Assembly (NCBI RefSeq): GCF_009834535.1
Contig: NC_045697.1
Coordinates: 49,416,001 to 49,480,000, forward strand
Direction: 5' to 3'
Source: Camelus ferus
Lineage: Eukaryota
Length of the DNA: 64,000 nucleotides
In this document: positions 52,590 to 63,110 of the stretch, piece by piece
Position numbering within the stretch: the first letter of the stretch is position 1
Layout of the letters: every line of letters begins with the position of its first letter
Program-made: the position numbers and the translations under genes
Notes under the pieces: model-generated
The model's input: the letters and a program-made list of their open reading frames with translations, nothing else
Told to the model about the DNA's origin: nothing
Databases searched by the model: none

Positions 52590-54590
52590 ACTTCCCCCCG
52601 CCCCCTCCACTGTGACTATCATACATCCTGACTTACTACACTTTTTTAACCTTTTGACTAACCCCCCCTCATCCATTTCTCTCACCACCTCCCCATCTCT
52701 GGGAATCACCAATCTGTTCTCTATACCTATGAGCTTAGGGTTTCTTTTGTTTGTTTGTTTTGTTTTGTTATGTCTTTTAACATTCCCAATATAAGAGAGA
52801 CATGGTATTTGTTTTTGACTATTTCACTTAGCAAAATGCCCTCCAGGTCCACCCATGTTATCACAAATGGCAAGATTTCCTTCTTTTTTATGGCTGAATA
52901 ATATTGCATTGTGTGTGTGTATACATATACACACACACATATATACATATATATTATATATATACACACCACATTTTCTTCATCTATTCATCCATCAATA
53001 AACACTTAGGTTGTTTAAGTTACATATCATAGCTATTGTAAATAACGCTGCAGTAAGCAATATGGATGGACCTGAAGACTGGCATTCTAAGTGAAGTAAG
53101 CCAGAAAGAGAAAGACAAATACCGTAAGATATTGCTTACATGTGGAATATTAAAAAAAAAAAAAATACAAAAAAGGACTTATTTACAAAATAGAAACAGA
53201 CTCACGGACATAGAGAACAAAAGTTATAGTTACCAGAGGGAGAATGGGGTGGGAAAGGATAAATTGGAAGTTCAAGACTTGCAGACACTAACTACTATAT
53301 ATAAAATAGATAAATTAGTTTCTACTGTATAGCCCAGGGAACTATATTCAACATCTTGTAGTACCTATAATGAAAAGAATATAAAAACAATTATTTGTAT
53401 GTATATATGTGACTGAAACATTATGCTGTACACCAGAAATTGACACAACATGTAAACTATACTTCAATTTAAAAAAACGCAAAAAAAAGAAAAATGCTGT
53501 AGTAAACATAGGGCTGCACATATCTTTTTGCCTTTTTATTTTGGTGGTGGTTTCCTTTCCTGTGCAGAAGTTTTTTAATTTAATTTAATTTAATTTAATT
53601 TAATTTAATTTAATTTAATTTAATTTAATTTTATGTATGCTCAACTTTGTTTAGTGTGATGTAGTCTCAGTTTATTTTTGCTTTTCTTTTGCTTTTGGTC
53701 CCAGATTTAACAAATCATCACCAAGTCCAATGTCAGGGAGCTTACCACCTGTGTTTTCTTCTAGGAGTTTCAGGTTTTACATTCAAAACTTTAATTCACT
53801 TTGAGTTAATTTTTGTGTGTGGTGTAAGATAGTGATCATTTCATTCTTTTGCACGTGACTGTCCAGTTTTCCCAACACCATTTATTGAAGAGACTGTCGG
53901 TTCCCCATTGTATATTCTTGACTCCTTTGTTGTAAATTAGTTGACCACATATGTGTGAGTTTTTTCTAGTCTCTCTATTCTGTCTCATTGATCTATATGT
54001 CTGTTTTATGCCAATACAATACTATTTTAATTACTACGGCTTTGTAACATAATTTGAAATCAGGGAGGGTGAAGTCTCTAGATTTGTTTGTCTTTCTCAT
54101 GATCGCTTTGGGTACTTCAGGATTTTTGTGGTTCCACATAAATTTTTTAATTGTCCTATTTCTTTTAAATTTGATACAGATTGCATTGAATATGTAGATT
54201 GCTTTAAGTAGTATGGACCTTTTAACAATATTGATTCTTCCAATCCATGAGCATGCAATATCTTTCCAATTTATTTTATTAATGACTTGTACTTTTCAAT
54301 AGGTAGGTCTTTGGCATCCTTGGTAAAATTTATTCCTAGGTTTATTATTCTTTTTGATGCAATTGCAAATGGGATTGTTTTCATTTCTCTTTCTGATGGT
54401 TCATTATTAGCATGCAGAAACACAACAGATTTTTGTATATTTAATTTGTATCCTGCATATAATATCGTTTCTGTATATAATATTCTGTTGCGTTTAGATG
54501 GAATGTTCTGTGTATGTATAGTAAATCAATCTGATCCATCATGTCATTTAAGGCCAATGTTTCCTTAAAGATTTTCTGTCTGGATGATCT
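52590..54590 (-). mobile_element. Antisense L1 with a nested sense L1 3' end (~53057-53490) and (TTTAA)n repeat (~53574-53630)
   Basis: Reverse L1 text interrupted by a forward L1 tail; TSD-like AA(T/A)AA(C/T)GCTG(C/T)AGTAA near 53041 and 53491. Confidence 0.8.
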
Positions 54591-55318
54591 TGGTAAAAAT
54601 GCTGCTGACTGATCTGCCTGGCGCATAGAAATGAAACCTAATAGATATGGAGAGTATAAGACTTCTCTGAAAGGAAAAAATATTTATCCTGTCAAACAAA
54701 TGGGAGTGAGAGATGAATGGGTTTTTGTTGGAGGAGGGAAGGCTCTCCTTCCTCTGGCACTGAGTTAGCTGGACCTGGACTCTGAGATAAGGAGAGCCCT
54801 GGAGATTTTCTTTGCAGGGAAATGAACTGACTGTCCCCAGGTGGAACCAGCAGAGGCAGTGGCTGAGCTTGGGGTTGCTGACTCCCAGGCTAGTGCTCCC
54901 CCCACCCCATTTATCCAGGTCATAACCTCTGTCTCCCCACTAGATGAGATGGTGGAACAAGAATTCTCTGTCAATGCATGATTCACACAAATTTCAATGG
55001 ATTTATGTTAAGTCATTTCAGTTGAAATTCTCAAGGTGTATCTCCTAGCCAAACTACTAATACATCATGGTACTTTTCTAGTTGTTGCAATTATTTGCCC
55101 TCATTGTTTATTAGCCAAACCCTAGATCTCCTGAAAGAATTATTCATGCCTCAAGAATAACCACAAAAATGTATCATGATCAGAGACAAGGGTCTTAGCC
55201 TCACAAAGATTGAGGTATTGGCCTTGCGTGGGAAAAACCTGGCCCATTCCTATGTAAATGAGGGTCATCAGAACTCATTTTTCTAATGTGCTAATACTAC
55301 ACATCATTAGTATCCACG

Positions 55319-55413
55319 TATATAAGTATCTTCTGATTATCCAGGTCATCTGGTAACAAGGCTTCAAGGAAATCTTAGTGATATTGGACATTTCGTTTTT
55401 CCTGGTGTACAAG
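55319..55413 (+). promoter_or_regulatory. TATA box and candidate non-coding exon 1 of the SCPP-like gene
   Basis: TATATAAG at 55319-55326; donor AAG/GTAATA at 55413/55414, implying an exon of ~60 nt. Confidence 0.5.
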
Positions 55414-56189
55414 GTAATATCCTTTCAAATATAAATTATATTATCTTATGAAAGATATAGACAACTGGAAAGGTTGAGAATTAAAGAATTTAATTCACTG
55501 ATAATAACATTTAAGTTCTCTTTTATAGTCATGGCATACTTCTTGATACTTTAAATATTGTCTTATGTACTCACATGTTTATTTTAAATGTGTTGTTACT
55601 TTGATGGTTGTTCTGGGTTATAGCAGGACTTTAAAATAGTGAGTGAAAACAAATTACAGAAAAAGAGCGATGACAAAAATTCTACGTAAATGGAATTTTA
55701 AAAGTTGTTCTGCAAATGTGCATGCCTCTTTCCCTCGTCCATATTTATAGTAATGTATGTAAGGAAAAATACAGGGAACTTCAACTGTTACGGGAGAGAA
55801 CATGAAGGATGTAAGCCCTCCAGCAGGCAGTAATATCTATGTGAGCTTGGTCTTCGTATCATCTGCTTGAAGACTCTCTTCCCATTTCAAATATTGTTTA
55901 ACCTTGAAGATGGATTTTCTAAAATCAGTCACTGGCAATTTGTTTCAGGATATATTCTCTTATGGCATTTCACAGATCTAAGATTATTGGATATGTATTA
56001 TTATTTCATGTCTTGATTTGTTTCAAAATTAATTTATTTCAAATGGCAGAGTTAATTTTTATAATAAACATTTACCAAGAGTGAAACCTCTTACTCACAA
56101 AAATGAATCAATTAATATACTCTTGATTAAAATGATAGTTTTCTGCTGATGGATAAGTAAAACAATTATATTTATCTTCAGAATGCCTG

Positions 56190-56345
56190 AAGGGGGAGGG
56201 TATAGCTCAGTGGTAGAGCGCATGCTCAGCATGCGCCAGCTCCTGGGTTCAACCCCCAGCACCACCTCCAAAAATAAACAAATACATAAGTAAACTGAAT
56301 TCACCCCAGAAAACTTTTTTTTAAAATTTTTTAATTAAAAAAAAA
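56190..56345 (+). mobile_element. Vic-1-like SINE in intron 1 of the SCPP-like gene
   Basis: GGGGGAGGGTATAGCTCAGTGGTAGAGCG...GGTTCAACCCCCAG; TSD AGAATGCCTG at 56180-56189 and 56346-56355. Confidence 0.88.
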
Positions 56346-57016
56346 AGAATGCCTGGTCTCTCTTCTCTTCCTGCAAAACAACAAAGAGGGTATTCTGGAT
56401 ATCATTTAAAAGATATATTATTAACATCGTGGGATTTTTCTTGTTTTCATGACAAATGAAAAAGATTAAAATAAAAGTTGCCATGATAAAGTAGAAAACA
56501 GAAAAACCATGTACTGACAAGAATCTACTAACACATCAAATAAACAATCTACATCATAATACAGGAGGATAGACAGGACAAATACCCACTGCTGAGTGAG
56601 GGTTACAGCGATGGTATCTACCTATCAAGGTCATTGCAAGAATCAAATGAAATAATAAGTATTTTAAAAGCTATGTTTTTACAAGCAGTTAGTAGAATAG
56701 ACCAATATTCTTATAAACTCACTGGGAAAATATTTCTAATAAGCATTAAGTGTTTTATACTGTACTTGAATGCATGTGTGTGTGGGTGTATGATGTACAC
56801 GCATCAGTCTTAAGGCATGTGAATTATAATCTATGTTCCAATTGTTTAATATCCTCCAGAATCTCCAATCTCTACATCCTTTAGTTCCCAATAGCATGAT
56901 CTTCAGCCAAGCTCCTTAATAACACGCCTGATCCAGTGCGTATACATAAGCAAGAAAGGGCTTCATATCTTCCAAGTTAAATAATACTCTTACTTGTTTG
57001 TAGATAGAGTTGAAAG

Positions 57017-57070
57017 ATGAAAGTGGTGTTCCTGATCGCTCTCCTCTTGGTCACAGCTCACTGCACACCC
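57017..57070 (+). CDS. SCPP-like gene: signal-peptide exon (MKVVFLIALLLVTAHCTP)
   Basis: Acceptor tttgtag ends at 57003, 13-nt UTR, good Kozak context AAGATGA, hydrophobic signal peptide, phase-0 donor CCC/GTAAGT. Confidence 0.8.
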
Positions 57071-57635
57071 GTAAGTAACCTCTTAATGTCTGTTTCTGCC
57101 AATCAGCCTTGGTTCATGCATTCCAACCTTTTATACTCAATCCTCAAAAAAAAGTCTATCATTGGAGTCAAAGCCACAATCCTCATTTTAAGTTTCTTCG
57201 GAGCTAAAAGTAGCTCTTTCAACCTTTTAAAAGACTGTTAGAAAAGCAAGAGATTTGAGTCAAGCGCAGCATGGAAGCTCTCCTGGCCCCAGAGCAGAGC
57301 AGTGGTTCTCAACCTTGGCTGCACTCTGGAATTGCTTGGAAAACTTTAAAAAGTCCTAATGTCTGGGTTTCACCCCCTACCAAAATCTGAATTGGCCTGG
57401 GGAGTGATTCAGGCATCACGATTTTTATAAGGTCCCCAGGTGATTATTCCACTGGGCTACCAAGGTTCTGAGACACTGGCTGAGGGAGTGGCTGTCAGAG
57501 GGAGCTGTGATTGCCCTAGAGAAGCCGTTGGTAAACTTAAAGACAATAAAAAGGCCTGTGGTTGTAGGTTAAGCAAGACTATGGCTCAGGTTGTTATTGT
57601 GAACAAAGAAGAGAGTGAGTAGGATGAGAGAATTA

Positions 57636-58102
57636 CAGGCATACCTTGGAAATACCGCAAGTCTGGTTCCAGATCACCACAATAAAGCAAATATCACAAT
57701 AAAGCAAGCCACATGAATTTCTTGGCTTCCCAGTGCATATAAATATTATGTTTACACTGTACTGTAATCTATTACATGTGCAATAATAGCATTATGTCTA
57801 CAAAAAGAATGCATATCTTTATTGAAAAATACTGCTAAAAAATGCTAACCATCATCTGAGCCTTCAGCAAGTCATAGTGGTAACATCAAAGGTCACTCAT
57901 TACAGATCACCATGACAAATGTAATGATGAAAAAGTTTGAAATATTGTTAGAATTACCAAAATGTGACAGAGAGACAAGAAACGAGCAAATGCTGTTGGA
58001 ATAATGGACGATAGATTTGCTCATCACAGGGTTGCCATAAACCTTCAATATGTTAAAAAAAAATGCAGTATCTGTAAAGTGCAATAAAACAAGGTATGCT
58101 TG
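57636..58102. mobile_element. Internally deleted Tigger1-like DNA transposon
   Basis: TIRs CAGGCATACCTT...AAGGTATGCTTG flanked by TA. Confidence 0.85.
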
Positions 58103-58199
58103 TATCTGAGATCATATTTTTGGTATTGAAAAGGATTAGTGACTGATGTTAACACATGCAAGATTCATTTGCTTATTCTGTAAAGAAATTTTTTTAATT

Positions 58200-58350
58200 T
58201 CACATTTTAAAATTTTTAATTTTTTAAAACTTTTTTTGGGAGGTAATTAAGTTTATATTTATTTATTTTTAATGGAGGTGCTGTGGATTGAGCCCAGGAC
58301 CCTGTGCATACTAAGCATGCACTCTAACACTGAGATATACCCTCCCCTCC
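58200..58350 (-). mobile_element. Vic-1-like SINE, antisense
   Basis: 'ggaggtgctgtggattgagcccaggacc...ctgagatataccctcccc' preceded by a T-rich tail. Confidence 0.8.
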
Positions 58351-58523
58351 ATAAATAATTTTTTTTTGAGATGGGCGATAATGCTAAGTGCCAGGATTAC
58401 ATAGATGACAAAACATAGTCCCTGTCTTCCAGAAACTCAGAGTCTAAGTTTGCTAGTTAATTACTATTATTGTAATTCCATCTCCTTCTTCAGTCTCCAC
58501 ACTCTACCTCTCAATTTTCACAG

Positions 58524-58574
58524 GTACAAGAATTTCATTCTGGAATTCCTTATGATCAGTTCTTAAACTGGAAG
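58524..58574 (+). CDS. SCPP-like gene: exon 3 (VQEFHSGIPYDQFLNWK)
   Basis: Long pyrimidine tract ttttcacag/, 51 nt open, phase 0-0, AAG/GTAATT. Confidence 0.72.
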
Positions 58575-59084
58575 GTAATTACTCTTTTTCTTTCTCTTTT
58601 TAAACCTAAATTAGGAATGTTTGCTGTCTCCTAGGATGATATGATTTAGGGAGGAACTGATTGACATCTTCAAGAAGTAATACTTTCAGGAACATAAACT
58701 ATGATTATAGTATTTTCTCCAAGGTAAAAATGAAAAATCTAAGGTGGAAATCATAGGAAACAGCCTCACTGGCATAGCTAGGACCTCTGTGGACCGTTCT
58801 TGCCAGTTGGCAGAATCATCTCCAGAGAAACAGACCCTCTCTAGCCCTATGAAAGTGAGCAACAGCAGCCCTCAGTCACCTCTGTTTTGGGTGAACACCA
58901 CCCTTCTCAGTATACAATTGGTTTAGATCCTCCTCTTTCACAAATAAGGGGATAACGTAAGTCATGGAACTTCTTTTACAAGTTTAGCATAATCTGACTT
59001 GAAGAGAAGTCATTTAACTAGAACCCAGAAATCATCAAAATATTTTGTTTCCACAACTTAACATTATGTCTTTACGTTTCAAAG

Positions 59085-59130
59085 GACCCATCCAAAAATG
59101 ACCCCAGATAGACCATTGCTGCATCCCATG
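59085..59130 (+). pseudogene. SCPP-like gene: candidate exon with +1 frameshift (DPSK-MTPDRPLLHPM if one A is removed)
   Basis: tttcaaag/ ... ATG/gtaaac; 46 nt, reads DPSKNDPR* as is; deleting one A from the A5 run gives 45 open nt. Confidence 0.45.
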
Positions 59131-59609
59131 GTAAACTCATGAAATACAAACATTTTAATATCCAAATTTCCTTGTAAAAATTACATGCATTAATTCCTTT
59201 TAGAAGACTTTTTCTCAACTGACAAATGTCTACTTTACTTTTTTTCCAAGAAAGTTCTGAGATAAATTTATACTTATTTTCAGTAATTATCTTTAGCACA
59301 GATTTGATCTATAGATTGTGGCCTCTTGATATATGGTTTGCTGCTTTGCATCTTCCTGAAGATGCTTGCAGCATCTTTGAAAGCTCAGGTTTCTGCTCAG
59401 AAAGAACTGCCAACGCACACAGCTCTCTGCTCCTCACCTTGGCTCTCAGCTGCCCTTTTCTGCTGTAGTCTGAATAGAAAGGTAGAGATAAATCACCATG
59501 TTTTCAGGCGCTCTGGTTGTTTTTTCACTAGAGTTAATATCTGGAAAATTTTTGTACTGATCCACATCTCAGCTAACTCCTAACTACCTTCTCTTCTGTG
59601 ATTGTCCAG

Positions 59610-59651
59610 TTTACATTACGACAAGCTTCTTTAGTACTCACAGAACTTAAA
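59610..59651 (+). CDS. SCPP-like gene: candidate exon (FTLRQASLVLTELK)
   Basis: ctaac branch-like site, pyrimidine tract, gtccag/, 42 nt open, AAA/GTAATT, phase 0. Confidence 0.5.
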
Positions 59652-59779
59652 GTAATTTTTGCAATTTCTTCTTAGAAGTGTATTTGTTTTTCCAGGACTT
59701 AAAAATATATACTGGAACTGAAACAAAATTTCCTAACAATTAAATGTCATGTAACTGTTTTTTTTTTTTCCCCTTTCAG

Positions 59780-59815
59780 TACCTTCAGATGTTATATAAA
59801 CACTTGAGTACCTGT
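59780..59815 (+). CDS. SCPP-like gene: exon (YLQMLYKHLSTC)
   Basis: Very strong poly-T/C acceptor tttcag/, 36 nt open, TGT/GTAAGT, phase 0. Confidence 0.65.
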
Positions 59816-61522
59816 GTAAGTTTTCATTCTTGATTTTTTCTATCTATATCAACACTTGAAAGAAGAATGAAGGTTCAGGAAAATAAAAGGAAAGACATCA
59901 GAAATATAAAATCACATTTGAGAGTTTCGTCATCATAATATTGGCTAACAGAATTGTTGGGTGTTTTTCCTATGGTCAGACGTTTACTTTATTATTTAAA
60001 ATACTAAAAAACAAATAAAATTTTAACAATAGTATAACAGTTAAAGAAATTATGATATAGCTATACAGTGGAATATTATTTAGCCTTTCAAAATCTTGTT
60101 CTAAAAACCTTAATGACATAGGAACTATTTATAATAACTATTAAATATAAAGGAATAGAAACCTACTTTTTAGGCAAATAATTTTCTAAAAATATTTATA
60201 TTCATAAACTAATTTTAAAAACTAGAAGAGTATATAGTTTACTAAAATGTTAATAGTGATTATCTCTCACAGGTATGAATATGAGTACAAAATTTTTAAT
60301 TAATAGGAGAACTAGAACTTGTGAATCTGTTTGAAAAGAATTATAATTTCTTGAAAATGTTGAAGATTGTTATTAACCAATAATTTCAAATTTCCATGAC
60401 GTTTCCTTTTAAAAATATCTAAGAAGGAACTTCAACTTTAAAAATATACATATATATTTATATCTAAAAATATATGTAAGAGAAAATTATTTAAGAACTC
60501 ATAATTTCTTAAAATTATTCTATTTCCTTCTATTTTTCAGTTCTAAAATGTCCATTTGATGCCAAAGTCAACATCTTATCTTTTAATTCCTTGACCGTTT
60601 TGATCACAGTTATTTTAAAGTCGGTGTCTGGTAGCTCCATTACTTGGATCTCCTGAGGGTCTGCATCTGTGATCTACTTTTCCTTTTCATTGTCCGTTGA
60701 GTCTCATTCCCTACCACTTCCTTTGGATCCTTTTTTTTAGCCTAGTTGTTTTTGAGTGAGCAGTGAACATTGCTTGTGAAAACTGCAGAGACAACGTGAG
60801 GTTCTGGATGAAGCTGTCTTCCTCTGGAGAGGATTTCCTTTTGTTTCTCTTGGGCACATGGGTGGTGGGCACAACGTTCACAGACCACCTGGATCCATCT
60901 GGAGACTGAGATGATTAGAACAAGTCCCCTGGTTCACTCTGACTCCCAGGGTGAGGCCTTTGGGGGTCACTTAGCAATCTCCTCTCTGGCAGCTCCTGAA
61001 CTTTAACTTTTATCCCCCAGCCCTGTGAGTTTGTCAGAAGTTCTGCTCTGCTTCTTAGCCTTTTTCAGACACAACTTCCAGGCTCGCCAATTGCCTTGAG
61101 AGGGTTACAGCCAAATGTCTCCCTGAGATTCTTGCCTCCCCACAATCTTGAGTCCTTAAAGCCTCACTTTCTTAGAACTCTGCTACCCTCACAACTATGC
61201 TTAAAATTTTTAAGGGATCCAACTCTTCTGATTGTTCCTCCCAAAAGGATTGGCTGGAACAACGAGGCTGGGAAGGGAGTACTTGATTTTCTTTTTAAAG
61301 ATCAAATACAAAGATTTGAAATTTCATGGATTAGCTGTCATTTACATACAGAGAACTAGAGGAAGTTGATAATCAGTTAGTAAAACTAAAAAATATATAT
61401 ATGGTAATAGTTGAAAATGCTCCCCTTACCTATATAAACTTAAAAATATTTTTCTTATGCAAGTAATAGCTATATAATATTTATATGTTGACCAGTTATA
61501 AATGATTTTTGTCTTGATTTTT

Positions 61523-61593
61523 TTTTTTTATTGAAGTACGGTTAATTACAATGTGTCAATCTCTGGTGTACAGCACAATGTCCCAGTCATGCA
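61523..61593 (-). mobile_element. ~70-bp L1 3'-terminal insertion
   Basis: Poly-T plus 'attgaagtacggttaattacaatgtg...ctctggtgtacagca'; TSD TGTC(T/C)TGATTTTT at 61510-61522 and 61594-61606. Confidence 0.8.
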
Positions 61594-61616
61594 TGTCCTG
61601 ATTTTTGTTTTATCAG

Positions 61617-61749
61617 AGGAAACAACCAATGAACAGACGGACCACCATCATCCCCACGCCGTCCTTTCCCACCCGTAACAGAAATGGCTCCTCCTTTGAC
61701 TCCTAACCCATCAGGCCCTTTCACCCCCAACAGGCGGGGAGATTCATGA
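61617..61749 (+). CDS. SCPP-like gene: last coding exon (Pro-rich; frame ambiguous)
   Basis: ttttatcag/ then RKQPMNRRTTIIPTPSFPTRNRNGSSFDS* (stop 61704-61706); +1 frame from 61639 reads GPPSSPRRPFPPVTEMAPPLTPNPSGPFTPNRRGDS*; ATTAAA at 61902-61907. Confidence 0.55.
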
Positions 61750-62779
61750 TTCATGAAGTTCTGCAGGAACTTCACAGCCAAACACAGCTTCTTCCCCCAG
61801 GCACTGTTTAACACCACAGCTGATGATCAAAGACACAATTCCTCTGCTTCTTTTACCATGGTGTACCCTTTTCAGTATCCTGGATAAAACGGCAATGCTT
61901 CATTAAAAATGTTTATATCATTATCTTATTCCCAAGTGGAATGTCATTTTTCATCATTATCACCATTTTAAGAGATACCAGGAAAATGCAAAGGGATCTA
62001 GGAAACTGAATCTCTTTTTCTCTGGTAGGTCATATGCCTGGCTAAGAATCTGGGGTTTTACGACAAAGGAAGAAAGGAATAAGAATATCGGGGAGGGGTA
62101 TGCAGCCTGCAGTCTCTGCCAGACTTGGCGAGGTGGTCATCACTTAAGTGATTAGACCCAGCTCAGCATTCTCACACACAGATATTTCTAATCTTGATTC
62201 TACCATTAAATATATTTGAGTTCAATTGACAAATATATGGTCTTAACATCCTCTGTTCATACCCCTACTTAATAATCTTAAGTATCACTTTGGTTCCAGG
62301 CACTGGGGAAACAGAAGAGAACAAGACAGCTTGGATTTCAGTCCTCATGAGATTCTCACTCCTTTGAAACAGTGTTTGCTATTCCTGGGAGGGGGCTGTT
62401 AAAAATAATAAAATATATCTGACAGTATAGCAGATGCCTTTGGGGCTGTGAATTACAGTTTCATGATCAAAACACTGAGAACAAATAGAGGACTTGGTAA
62501 TGCAAATATTTACATGGCTAATAAAGGGTATGTTACATGCATCTTGACAGCTGATTTTCCTGGGTCCTGGATAGAAATGACTACCCAGAACTTTCCAGCC
62601 CTGGCTCTACTTTAAAATCATCTGTGGACCTTAAATACACCAAAGTCCCACCTCAGACCAACTGAACTGACATTTTTGATGGTGGGAGGAACAAGAGCAT
62701 CAGCATTTTTAAAATGCCTGGGATGGTTCTAATATGTAGCCAGGTTTAAGAACTGTGACTCTGCATAGATTCTCAGAAG

Positions 62780-63110
62780 TACCATCGCCCCTCGGTATCG
62801 TGGGGATTGGTTCCAGGACCCCTGCAGATACCAAAATCTGAGGATGCTCAAGTCCTTTATATAAAATGGCCTAGTATTTGCATATAACCTACACACATCC
62901 TCCCTGTATACTTTAAATCATCTCTAGATTACTTATAATACCTAATACAATATAAATGCTAGGTAAATAGTTGTTATACCTTATTGTTTAGGAAATAAAA
63001 CAGAAAAGTCTGTACAGGAATTATATCACAATAAAGGTGTTTTTTAAAAAGTCTATACATATTCAGTACAGAGGCAACCATCATTGGCCTAATACATGTC
63101 AGCAACAAAA
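62780..63110. mobile_element. MER2-like Tigger MITE
   Basis: 'cccctcggtatcgtggggattggttccaggacccctgcagataccaaaatc...aatcatctctagattacttataatacc'. Confidence 0.75.

Noticed and set aside
53574..53630. (TTTAA)n array
   Set aside because: Simple microsatellite expansion within an L1.
56190..56265. tRNA gene (A/B boxes, GGTTCAA)
   Set aside because: A-rich tail, TSD and multiple diverged copies show these are SINEs.
57017..57241. 74-aa single-exon ORF from the ORF track
   Set aside because: A consensus GTAAGT donor at 57071 follows the signal peptide; the remainder is most likely intron read-through.
60520..60900. Strong-looking acceptor tttttcag at 60540 as another exon
   Set aside because: Frame 0 hits TAA immediately, and the surrounding text resembles an old antisense L1 fragment.
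61858..61887. VYPFQYPG resembling beta-casomorphin (YPF)
   Set aside because: Only a 3-residue match lying downstream of a stop; chance is a sufficient explanation.
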